DNA of 64,000 nucleotides, taken from NCBI RefSeq assembly GCF_006345805.1, contig NC_042997.1:168392001-168456000 (forward strand), read 5' to 3'. A model generated the notes under the pieces. That model ran no database searches and was not told the DNA's origin. It saw only the letters and a list, made by a program, of their open reading frames with translations. Shown in pieces: positions 38,690 to 51,800 of the stretch; position 1 is the stretch's first letter; every line of letters starts with the position of its first letter. The DNA is from Octopus sinensis (Eukaryota). The translations under genes were made by a program, and so were the position numbers.

Positions 38690-38931
38690 GTGTGTGCGTT
38701 TGCGTGTGGTGTAAACCAGACTAAGAAAAGCATTTGACACACACACCAGAATGTGAGTTTTCTGTAAATTTTGCTTAATTGGAGTTTAAATTTTAAAAAC
38801 TGGACCTGGCATGACGCGATGCATTGTACTCTTAAAAATGCTAGGTAAATTGTAATTGAAGAAATCCTATATTGTAGATTTGTATAACTCCCAAAGGGAG
38901 GCAGATAAAATCTGCCTTTTATAATAAGAGA
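38690..38931 (-). mobile_element. Possible Helitron-like non-autonomous fragment
   Basis: Starts tatctcttattataaaaggcag on the minus strand, with hairpin aggcagat-aaa-atctgcct at 38899-38917. Confidence 0.4.
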
Positions 38932-40236
38932 TAATAGGTATGATCCAAGGATCCAAGTAAGTCATCAGTAAGCCTTGAGTATTTATGCAGCTAGTATAAA
39001 TGACAAAAGCAGGACAATATACAGTAAAAAAAGTTTATTAACATTGTAAGTTACACACTTCATCCCATATTGAAATTATAAGAAATTTCAATAAGCTGAT
39101 GGTCACTAGACAACTCATGTAAAAATGCTGCTAAAAATCCAAGAAAGTAAAGAATGGAACAGGTAAAATATAAACTACAAATGTTTCATATCAAAGCGAT
39201 GCTTGTTACATAAGTTGTAACATGCATTAAACCAACTTAGCTTCTCTTCAGGTCCTATTACCTATAAATTGTTTACATTATGTGGAGATGAACAAATGAC
39301 CAATGAAAGTATTAATTACAAGGTGGATCACCCAAAAAGGAAATAAGGTGGGTGCGTTTACAGATGTCATTAAGTGGAAGGATATATAGATGCTAAGTAG
39401 AAGAGGAAAAGGAGGACTGGCAATAAAATTCCCCTACCCAAAGGCTAGTCTTCCCCACCTCCCTTTTCTCTCTCCCTAGCATCCATTTTCATTCTACTTG
39501 ATGACATCTGTAAATACATTCACTTTATTTCCTTTTATAGTGACCTCTCCTCTAATACCTAGTATTTTACTTGTATTTCTCATTTAACTGAGCAGAAAAG
39601 ATATTCAGCTGTAAAATTATATCTTATTGAAAGGAAAATGAAGTAAAGCTTTAAAATATGATAAAAAAATAAGATTCAAAATATTTTCTGAACAAAATAA
39701 AAATTCGATGATTTAAATGATTATATGTGGACATTTAGAAAGCAAAGAAGAGAATATAAATGTGAGAGTCTAGTCAGACATTTTTAAAACTCACTTTCAT
39801 ATTCAGCTTTATATTCTTTTATTCTTTTACTTGTTTCAGTCATTTACATATTTCATATATTTGGTTAAAAATTATAATTAGTTTAGTCATAAAAAATATA
39901 ATTTCTAACAATATTGGTTTCAAATTTTAGCACAAGGCCAACATGTTTGGAGTGATGGTAAAGTTGATAACCTGAAACCCAGTGTCAACAGGTAATTATT
40001 TTATTGACCTCAAGGAGATGAAATGCAAAGTCACGTTTGGTGGAATTTGAAACCAGAATGTAAGGATGGACAAAATGTTGCTAAGCATTTTGTCCAGAGT
40101 GCTCACGATTGTACCAGCTTGCCACCTTATAAGTTCTAACAATATCAAGAAATATAAATGGGAAGTAAAATTTAGAGAAAAACCTAAAAATAAAACTTCA
40201 TATTCATTGCATTTTCCAATATAGCTATTTCATTTT

Positions 40237-40455
40237 CTAAATATCCAATGAAATGTCATCAATGATATTTTCTTGGTTGTAAAACCTGTTAGGGTCATCT
40301 GAAAATGCAGTCTGTAATGCTTTAAATAGGGATATACTCATCGCATAATTTGGCATCACCAAAGTACTTTGTAACAGTTGTAGGCTTCCAAAGGGCCAGT
40401 CATAATCAACTTCAGTAAAATTCATAGAAATATCAGTCATCAACAGGGCAGAATT
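40237..40455 (-). CDS. LBP/BPI terminal coding exon with C-terminal extension (NSALLMTDISMNFTEVDYDWPFG...IIDDISLDI*)
   Basis: ttttgtttcctttcccag acceptor; first ~12 aa match the final BPI2 strand (NFLLFGADV); 72 aa then TAG. Confidence 0.85.
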   Translation of the reverse strand, partial: NSALLMTDISMNFTEVDYDWPFGSLQLLQSTLVMPNYAMSISLFKALQTAFSDDPNRFYNQENIIDDISLDI

Positions 40456-43400
40456 CTGGGAAAGGAAACAAAAGCAGATATTACTGGACTGGCAGATCAA
40501 ACGTAAAATAAAAAAAAAATTTATATAAAACAGGTGTATGATTTGAGTAAAATATTACCAGGGATCTTTTCGGTTTGAACGACAATTTTTAAAAATAATT
40601 TCCACATAACTAAACACTTTTAAACTTCGTATACTGGTAAAATGTGTTTATAAAACATCTTTTCTCTTGGCTTTATTGAGAAAATTCTATAGTTTGTAAG
40701 ATATTTGCTGTTTTTTTTCTTCAATTTCTGCAATTTCAACTAATCACTGACGTCTATTGAGGTAAAAAAAAAACATTCTGTGCCGTATGAATATGTCCCT
40801 CGTTTAAGAAACAGATTGGGTTTATTTACATTTGTGAAGAAAAAAGATACCCTTCTTCCCCCACCGCTAACCCTAACCCTAAAACAGATTGAAATGCAAT
40901 AGATCGAGACTAGGGTCATAATTATGGGTGACAATTCCATATGACATCGCTAGAAAAACTGCCGTTCAAACCGAAAAGATCCATTATCAGTATCATCATT
41001 GTTAAAAAATAAAGCAAAAACATTACTGATAAATTATCTATACAAAATTTAATTTCATTGTTTTTGAGTTAAAATCTAATTTTGCTGTAGGACTATGTCA
41101 GCTACCAGGAAGTCTGAGATTTCAGGCGTAACAGTGGGTGCTCATACAAGGGAGATCACTGTGTTATGTACCGCTTAGCAAAAATATTGTTTATCTTTAC
41201 TCTGGTATAAAAGGAGGCTGTGATTCCAATAAGCAATGTAATGAAGTAAAGTAGGCTGTGATTCCAATATGCAATGTAATGAGGTATATTGTATATATAT
41301 GAGGGTAGTCCTTACATTTTGATACTAAATCTAAACAACTCGAGGATTCTGAAAAAATGTTTAGTAAAATCAATTTCTTTTAATCATAAACCAAATTCCC
41401 CTCACCAATGGCATATTGTAAATTAAATATGAAAGTGAAAAAAATTTGTATGTCTTTATTTGAAATACATTTTCAATAATGCTTATTTCTCTATGAAATC
41501 AATATTAATTTTTATTTTTATTATAATTAAAATCAGTATCTCCTAATTACTTAGAAGTATATGCACAACGTAGTCATGTACCTCCCTTGTGATGCGAAAG
41601 TGGATGAATATGTAATTGTTCTGATTTCTTCAGTTTTGGTCGAACTCGATTACCTCCCTTCACTTATTTAAAATGTATGCTCCTCAACTTTTTAAAATAT
41701 TCTAAGACTTCTCCAAGTTTCAATATATATGCATTTATCACTGTTGTCATCTAAATTCCAATGAAAGAACTTTTGGTCCTTTGTTAGCAACGAGTTTCCT
41801 CCTTTTAGGAAAAATTGTAATTACAAAAAGTAAAGACATACATACATTCATATGTGCACGTGTGTGTATGTGTGTGTGTGCATATGTGTGTACACACACA
41901 CACACACACACACTCCCATGACAGGCTATCACTCAGTTTCCATTTGTCAAAATTCACTTTTAACTCAAGACTTGAGGCTATGGTAGAAGGCATCATGCAT
42001 AATGCACTGCACAATGAGATTGAACCCAGAATCATCTGGTTGTGTAGTGTGCTCTTCAGCCACACAGTCATGCCAACCACCATATCATAGCTTCGATGTC
42101 ACATCCTATAAAATAGCTCAGTTTTCACATCTATCGAAGAAATATTTTATACAGATTAACTCACCATGCCAAAGTGTAATTTCGTGTTGCTTATTTTGTT
42201 TGTTTTGATAAGTGTAGATATAGGGATTCCAGTTTCACCCTTTTCTGAAATAAATAATTTATAAATAATTAATCACTTACTTCTTTTGAATAAAATAAAT
42301 ATTTCAAGGTAATGAAATAAAATACATATCTTGATGGGTTTCAGTCAAGTTGAACACACAAAATAAATATATAAGTAATCCATACACAAAGAGCTGTAGT
42401 CTGATTCAAACTTTACTTGTAAGGAGCATGGTATAAGGCTATGAGGTAAATTTACTAGCCAGGCCTCTAATTAAGGTGCATAACTTACTTGCTTCAGGAT
42501 AATAATCTCAGGGACCCATCACATGAAAAGCAATATTTAAGTTAGTGTTAATATATGTAATGTAGGGAGCCAGTCCTGGCATAACAAACATTTTCCAGGT
42601 TATAAGATCAAACTTACCCATCCTTCTACAAAGCCCCAAAATGATGAACCTGATGAACAAAAAAATCTTACTTAACAGCAAACGCCAACCGATAAACCTG
42701 AAAAAGCACCTCACAAGGGCAGAATTCAGATCGGAGAAGGGACCAGAATTCTCAGTAACAGAATGTGGAGACAAAAGATGCGGAATATGCAACAACGACA
42801 ATAATTACAAATACCCAGAATGTGGTTCCCACTTAGAATTCAAAAGTGGCCCTCTCTTTAAAATCAATGCAAATATGACCTGCAAAACGCAAAACCTCAT
42901 ATATTGCATTACCTGCCCAAAATGCAAGGAAAATTATATTGGCGAAACGAACAACTCCCTCTGACAATGCGCTAGAATACATAGACAACATATAAAACAG
43001 GAAGAGTTACACAAAATACCATTAAGCAAACACCTAGAAGTATGCGGAAATGGAAAATTCAAAATTATTCCATTCTACAAATGCTCATCAATTGACCCAG
43101 AATACTGTAAAGCTATGGAACTGCATTTTATAGAAAAATTTAGCCCAAAATTGAACGGTTAATTAAAGTAAAAAAAAGTAGTAAAATAATCAAACAACTA
43201 CGATGATAATGAAAAAAAATATAATCTGTTAAAATATGATACATAAAAAAAGAAAAAAAATCTTTCTATATCTTTATATACAAATGAAAGAATTCTCTCT
43301 TTTCTTTTTTTTATATATAAAATTATACAATTTAACATCTTAAACTTCTAACAATATGTTTAAACATTCTTATATGCATGTATATATGTATATATATGTG

Positions 43401-46400
43401 TGTATATGTGCAAATACATTTGTATATATGTTGGTATATGTGATCGTATATATGTATGTATGTGTATGCATGTATGTGTGGGTATATATATGTATGTGTA
43501 CATGTGTATGTGCATGTATATATATATATGTGTGTGTATATGTACATGTATGTGTGTGTACATGTATGTATGTTTATATATGCATGTATACATGTATATG
43601 TATGTGTGTGTATGTATATATATATATATATGTGTATGTGTATGTGTGTGGCTGAACCTGTTGTATAGGGAGAATTATAGGAAGTTATTTATGTCATGTG
43701 TCTTCTCACTAATACAAATCACTGATATGATTTCTGAAGAATATTACAGGATACAAAAATATTTATAATCTGTGGCGGATGTTTACTCTGATTAACTCTT
43801 GAAACAGGAGATAGAAATTATCTTATTTCAAGAGATATCAACATTGTCAAAGATACAAAGATTACAATAAGAGGAACTAAATTTATGATTACAGTGTAAA
43901 AGGAAATTTATAGTTACACACTTCCTATCATGATTGTCTTATGTGCATAACATGTAGCTTTTCAAAAGATATTATCATCCTCATTACATAATGTTGTCAT
44001 TTAAAAAAGCGAAAAGGGAACTACAACTACCTTAAGACATACGAATGAGCTGAAGGTCACAACACATGCTCTCTGTCTCTGTCTGTCTCTCTCTCTCTCT
44101 CACACACACACATACATATACACACTCAAAGAAAGAATTACATAGAAAAAAAACACATAACAAAAATATATAGTAGACAAATACAAATCTGATTTCTCAC
44201 TCCAAAATCATTTTAAGTTCAATGTTATTCTGTTGTTTGTAAAATATAATTTTGCAGTCAGTAGTGTAACATGTGTTTTTCTTCTTCTCTTCTAATAATA
44301 ATGAATGGATCTAGTCAGACTTTCTGACTAGGAGTGTTGAATGGTTTGATCAACTGAACTATTAGAACCATTGAATAAGTGTGTGAGTGCAGGACTGTCT
44401 TAGCCATGTGATAAGCCCCTGGGCTAATCAATGCACTGGAGCTTATAATATTTATTGACAAGTCACATCTTACATAAATCAGAATTGGGCCCCAAGGCCT
44501 ATGTGGCAATGAAGCTTCCAGCTCTGTGTGCCTGTGCCTTAAGACAAGCGCTGTGTAAGTGGTTGAGTATTCCACAGACATATGTACCTATTTCTTTACT
44601 ACCCACAAGGGGCTAAACACAGAGAGGACAAACAAGGACAGACAAACGGATTAGGTCGATTACATCAACCCCAGTGCGTAACTGGTACTTAATTTATCGA
44701 CCCTGAAAGGATGAAAGGCAAAGTCGACCTCAGCAGAATTTGAACTCAGAATGTAACGGCAGACGAAATATGGCTACGCATTTTGCCCGGCATGCTAACA
44801 ATTCTGCCAGCTCGCCGCCTTCCACAGACATATGTACCTTTAATGCAATTCTCAAGTAGAATCAGTATGACACAATATGTGACAACAATTGATTATTGAA
44901 TTACTGATACAATCAATCCATCTGATGGATTTTTTACACAGTTTCCATCTATCCACTCACAAGGTATGGGTTGACCTGTATCTAGAAAATGACACTTGCC
45001 CAAGATGCTATGCAATGGAATAGAAACTGCAACATCTTGATTATGAAGTGGACTTTGTAACCATTTGGCCATGCTGCACCTACTTTTTATTATAGTTTAT
45101 CATCATCATCATTTGACATCCATTTACTATGCTGGCATGGGTTGGACAGTTTGACTGAAAAATGGTTCCAATCTGGTTTGGCATGGTTTCTACAGATGGA
45201 GGCTCTTCCTAACACCAACCACTCTTGGAGTGTAATAGGTGCTTTTTATGTGCCACTTACAAAATACCAGCATTGGCCACAACTACGATCTCACTTGGCT
45301 TGACAGGTTTCTCAGACATGGTATATTACCAAAGGTCTCGGTCATTTGTCACTGCCTCAGCCCTGTAAATAAATGTTCTGAGTGGAACAACATATTTTAA
45401 TGGGTTGTTTCTTTTGATAGCCTTATTTATTAAGGCTTTGCCTGGGAAGACCTTATCCCTGCTTGCCGCTATTGGGGCAAAGCTGGCTGTCTGCAAGCAT
45501 GAGCTTCGTGAACCGTGAGTCAGAATGGCTGTTCCAGCACATCACCCTCACCATCCTCAAGGGACCTTTTGAATTTTGAGGTCTGACTTACAGGAAATTG
45601 CACATTCCACTCCTTAATACAATTTTAACTAAATTCAAAAATTAAAGTTTGAGACACATACCCATATGCTCACATATTCTACTTCCTTACTCTAATACAT
45701 GTTAGTTGTAGGTTTGTTCTGTATGTCACATGTAATACACAAGACACATTTCCATGGTGTCCATGCATCCTATATATTACACATTCCCAATTTCCTTCAA
45801 CTACCAGAGTAACTTTGAACTTATGAAGGGAAAACTTGATGTTACTCAGAATGTTTATGAAGAGAGGGGCTAATTAAAAATCTGAAAACAAGCATGGACT
45901 TTTACAGAAACACCTATCAAAATGCTTTGGACAAGCAAAGGGTTAAACCCACTTGGAACTAAATAATTCTCATTTACATGCTTCGACAGTTTCATCATCA
46001 TCATCATCATCATCATTTAGCGTCTGCTTTCCATGCTAGCATGGGTTGGCTGTTTCAACTGGGGTCTGGGAAGCCAGAAGGCTGCACCAGGCCCAGTCTG
46101 ATTTGGCAATGTTTCTACAGCTGGATGCCCTTCCTAACGCCAACCACTCCGAGAGTGTAGTGGGTGCTTTTTATGTGCCACTGGCATGGAGGCCAGGCAA
46201 GGCTGGCAACGCCATGATCAGATGGTGCTTTTTACATGCCACCAGCACGGAGGGGAGGCAAGGCTGGCAACGACCATGATCGGATTGTGCTTTTTATGTG
46301 CCACCAGCACGGAGGGGAGGCAAGGCTGGCAACGACCATGATCGGATTGTGCTTTTTATGTGCCACCAGCACGGAGGGGAGGCAAGGCTGGCAACGACCA

Positions 46401-47859
46401 TGATCGGATTGTGCTTTTTATATGCCACCAGCACGGAGGGGAGGCAAGGCTGGCAACGACCATGATCGGATTGTGCTTTTTATGTGCCACCAGCACGGAG
46501 GGGAGGCAAGGCTGGCAACGACCATGATCGGATGGTGCTTTTTATATGCCACCAGCACGGAGGGGAGGCAAGGCTGGCAACGACCATGATCGGATGGTGC
46601 TTTTTATATGCCACCAGCACGGAGGGGAGGCAAGGCTGGCAACGACCATGATCGGATTGTGCTTTTTATATGCCACCAGCACGGAGGGGAGGCAAGGCTG
46701 GCAACGACCATGATCGGATTGTGCTTTTTATGTGCCACCAGCACGGAGGGGAGGCAAGGCTGGCAACGACCATGATCGGATTGTGCTTTTTATATGCCAC
46801 CAGCACGGAGGGGAGGCAAGGCTGGCAACGACCATGATCGGATGGTGCTTTTTATATGCCACCAGCACGGAGGGGAGGCAAGGCTGGCAACGACCATGAT
46901 CGGATGGTGCTTTTTATATGCCACCAGCACGGAGGGGAGGCAAGGCTGGCAACGACCATGATTGGATTGTGCTTTTTATATGCCACCAGCACGGAGGGGA
47001 GGCCAAGGCTGGCAACGACCATGATCGGATGGTGCTTTTTATATGCCACCAGCACGGAGGGGAGGCAAGGCTGGCAACGACCATGATCGGATTGTGCTTT
47101 TTATATGCCACCAGCACGGAGGGGAGGCAAGGCTGGCAACGACCATGATCGGATTGTGCTTTTTATGTGCCACCAGCACGGAGGGGAGGCAAGGCTGGCA
47201 ACGACCATGATCGGATGGTGCTTTTTATATGCCACCAGCACGGAGGGGAGGCAAGGCTGGCAACGACCATGATCGGATTGTGCTTTTTATGTGCCACCGG
47301 CACGGAGGCCAGTCGGGGCGGCGCTGGCAACAGCCATGTTCGGATGGTTCTCTTACGTCCCACTGGCACTGATATCACAGCTACAATTTCCATTGATGTT
47401 GATTAATTTTAATTTTGATTTTGATTTTTTGATTTTGATTTTGATTTTCATGTATGAAAATAAATTAATAATTTGAAAAATAAGCCAGATTTTACTTACT
47501 ATTGAGTTGAGGCAAGACAAACATGTTAACAAACAAGTTTATGGTCATTTGGAACTGTTTCTCCTGAAATAAGGGAAAATTTTAAAATTACTTTTTCTTT
47601 TCAAGTTTGAAATAAAATAAAACATTATTCTTTTATTTTCTTTCCTTTCACTTGTTTCAGTCATTTTGATATCAGCCATGCTGGAGCAACACCTTGAAAG
47701 ATTTTGGTTGAACAAATTGACCCCAGGGTTTACTTTTTTAAAGCCTAGTACTTATTGTATCAGTCTCTTTTGCCAAACCACTAAGTTATTGGGATGTAAA
47801 CACATCAACACTAGTTGTCAAGTGGTGATGGGGAGACAAATACAGAAACAAAGATACAT

Positions 47860-47912
<53 letters not shown>

Positions 47913-48566
47913 AAAATTATAATTTAGAGTATCTAATACCACCACGCTGGAAATAGCAGCCAAAACTTGACTCTAAAACCACATTGAATGTTCATACAAC
48001 ACCAGGAGAGAAGACAAAGAGACAAAATAAACTAGCAAAAAAATTTACTGGATAATTCCAGATTCCGGATTTCTGGCTCTGCATAAGAAATGCTTTGCCT
48101 CATCAGTGGAATATACACAGATAGCACATAAATACAAATATATTTTTAATTTAAACTGGTCGTGTGCATAAATGCATAAATATGTATGTATACGTTTGTA
48201 TATGTAAGTATTCGTATGTTATATATATATATAGTTGTATTTATGTGCTATCTGTGTATATTCCATTGATGAGGCAAAGCATTTCTTATGCAGAGCCAGA
48301 AATCCGGGATCTGGAATTATCCAGTAATTTTTTTGCTAGGTTATTTTGTCTTTTTGTCTTCTCTCCTGGTGCTGTATGAACATTCAATGTGGTTTTAGAG
48401 TTAAGTTTTGGCTGCTATTTCCAGCGTGGTGGTATCTCTTAGATACCCTAAATTATAATTTTAATAATAATTATTACCTTTGAAGGTTTTTATTCCCATG
48501 CTGGCCACTTGATAAGATCGATATTTAAATAACAATCTTATTCTTATCTGTCTGTCTGTCTGTCTA

Positions 48567-48604
<38 letters not shown>

Positions 48605-48829
48605 CTTTATTTTAAGCAGCAGAAAATTCAACAAAATCTGTTACTCTGAGTTTCTCGTTGCCGTTCATCAGACAGTTTTCTAGCAAAAACTGTCTGATGA
48701 ACGGCAACGAGAAACTCAGAGTAACAGATTTTGTTGAATTTTCTGCTGCTTAAAATAAAGCATATTACTCTACCACTGGTATTTGAGTACTCTTTTTTCC
48801 ACCTTGTTTCACATTTATGTGTTTACTCC

Positions 48830-48868
<39 letters not shown>

Positions 48869-51800
48869 TCATCATCATCATCATCATCATCATCGTTTAA
48901 CGTCCGCTTTCCATGCTAGCATGGGTTGGACGGTTCAACTGGGGTCTGGCAAGCCCGAAGGCTGCACCAGGCCAGTCAGATCCATGAATGTTTATAGACA
49001 TAAGTTACGTGAGAATTTAGTTTTTGTAAATTAATATTTTTTTTTATGTTTTATTCTTTTATTTTTCATTTTTTATTTTTTATTTTTATTAATTCTATTT
49101 GAATTAAATTATGGCTTGCATAGTAAGGTCTGGCAAATCTATTTACACATACACATAGTTATCTGTTAAAATAAAAATATAGTATTTGGTATCGAACTAT
49201 GATAAAGTTATTTAGAAGCCTGATGATTGGGGTTACGTTTTAAGAAAGGTTCCTGTAAAACACTGTGTGCCTAAGGAACTGTAAAATGAACCTCAAGAAA
49301 CATGTGTAGCTGAGAAATGAGTAGTAAGTATTAAATTAAAATTCTTTTATATAGTGTGATGAAGGGGACTACTATCTCTAAATAACATATATATTTCCTC
49401 ATAGAGAATAACTTGAACCCCTGTGATGCCGGAATTTTTATTCCCTAATAAATAAAATAACATAATTTTATATATATACACATATATATATATATATATA
49501 TATATATTAGTATGTCTTACTAGTTGATATACAAAAATTTAACAAGTTCTCACAACTATAGATAAGAAAACAATAAAAAACAAGCAATATTGATAACATA
49601 GCTCTTGTTTGACATATGATGTTTGAAAGTGATTAAAAAAAGATCATTATACTTACATTAATTTTAATGGGCAAACCTTTACGAATCACACCCAGTTTTA
49701 CGCTGCAATAATACATAAATAATATAAGTAAGTGTTGATTGCATATGGAACACAAATAGAAACTTAAGCATATACATGCATGCCAGAATCTTTTTGAAGT
49801 ACATACAAATGATAGATTAACTCTTTGCCATTCAGACAACCCTGTTAAATGTAATGCTTATTTATTCACATTGTTTTCACTTATCATGCATTATCTCTTG
49901 GCTTTGAGATTTTGATGATGTTATATATTTTTAGACTGACACTGTAGGGGAAGGTATGGCCAGTTTGAGTATGAAAGAGGTAGAATATTTTGACTGAATA
50001 TAACCAGTTTAAACACTAAAGGGTTAAGGGTTAAATTGTTGGTACTTTGATTATCATCTTCAGAATGATAAAAACGAGACGAAAACTGGAAAGGACTTGA
50101 ATATAAAAAAAAGAATGCACTGAACTGGGCAATACAAAGCAACTATATAACTCTTTTACTCTTTTACTTGTTTTAGTCATTTGACTGTGGCCATGCTGGA
50201 GCACCGCCTTTAGTAGAGCAAATTGACACCAGGACTTATTCTTTGTAAGCCAAGTACTTATTCTATCAGCCTCTTTTGCCGAACCGCTAAGTTACGGTTG
50301 ATGTAAACACACCGGCATCGGTTGTCAAGCGATGATGGGGGGACAAACACAGACATACAAACATATACACTCACATACATATACACATATATATGACAGG
50401 CTTCTTTCAGTTTCCGTCTACCAAATCCACTCACAAGGCTTTGGTCAGCCTGAGGCCTATAGTAGAAGACACTTGCCCAAGGTGCCATGCAGTGGGACTG
50501 AACCCGGAATCATGTGGTTGGTAAGCAAGCTGCTTACCACACGGCTGCTCCTACGCCTATATAAGTACATGGTGCCTTTGTGAGTGTTGGGCCTTAGAGA
50601 GGCAAGGTAGCTGATTTCCTTTTGAGCAGGCCTCACGGAGGTGAGGTGGCTAAGTTTCTTTCGAGTGTTGGGCCTCATAGAGGCAAAGTGGCCGAGCTCC
50701 TTTTGAGTGTTGAGCCTCATGGAGGCAATGACCAAGACCTTTGGCATTATGTCACGCTTGAGAAGAAGACCCATCAAGCTGAGCAAAATCGCAGTCATGG
50801 CAGATACTAGTGGAAAATGGCACCTGTGCTGGTGGCACATAAAAACACCCATTACTCTTGGAGTGGTGGCCAATATCAGACTGGATTCTGGTGCAGCCTT
50901 CCAGCATGACAGCCCAGTTAAACCATCCAGCTCATGCCAGTAGGACAACAGATGTTAACTGATGATGATGATAATAATGATGATGATGATGGCTGAGCAC
51001 TCCACACACACACATGTACTCTTAATGTAGTTCTCAGGGAGATTCAGTGTGACAAGGCTACTCCTTTGAAATACAAGGACTTCTCATTTTTGCCAGCGGA
51101 GTGGCCTGGAGCCATCCCTCGACAGCAAGTCCGCTGCTCTAACCACTAGACCATGTGTCTCCACCTTTCATGATGGTTACACTTATTTACAATTGTCATG
51201 TGATGTCAAGACAAGGAGACAGTAATACACACACATGATGAGTTTCTTTCAGTTTCCATGTATCAAATATCATGCACAAAACCTTAGTTGGTTTAGGGCT
51301 ATTGTAGAAGACACTTGCCCAAGATGCCATGCAGTAGGACTGAACCTGGGACCATGTGGTTGGGAAGCAAACTTCTTGCTACACAGCCAAATCTACATTG
51401 AAATTATAGCCCACATGTAATATATATACATAAAAAAAAGCTTGTTTATTGTCCTATTGTAAAACATATATAATAATGCTTAATATTCAAATAAAATAAT
51501 AAATATGAAACATACCTCAATGCAGAAAGTTTGAAGTGAATAATTTGTTTGGCAATATCAGATTTCCCTTCAGTATGAATTGTCTGAAAAATGAAACAAG
51601 ATATGAAATGTTTAAATAGGTATAAAAGAAATAAATAAAAGACTAATTGATATTATCTTAGCTAAGCTGTTTGTTTCTATCCTTGTTTTGAGCACATCAA
51701 GTAGCATATTGTGAATAACCTGAATTTCATGCCTCCTTGTTTTATGTATATAATCTGAGAATAGGAATCTAGCAATTTGCTGAAATTTCTAGAAAAATAT

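Noticed and set aside
40237-40500. Convergent gene being GET4, TEFM or CRLF3 (neighbours of vertebrate ADAP1/2)
   Set aside because: The reconstructed exons are clearly LBP/BPI and show no similarity to those proteins.
43332-43768. Several Y/V/C/M- or H/T/I-rich ORFs (also 38264-38614, 2207-2449, 46852-47406)
   Set aside because: They are translations of microsatellites or tandem repeats.
46238-47292. CRISPR-like array
   Set aside because: Units are contiguous and near-identical with no unique spacers, the context is eukaryotic, no cas genes are present, and the array sits inside a retroposon tail.
49220-49247. CTGATGA...GAAA hammerhead-like motif
   Set aside because: Stem II relies on G-U pairs and no stem I, stem III or NUH site can be formed; at most a decayed relic.
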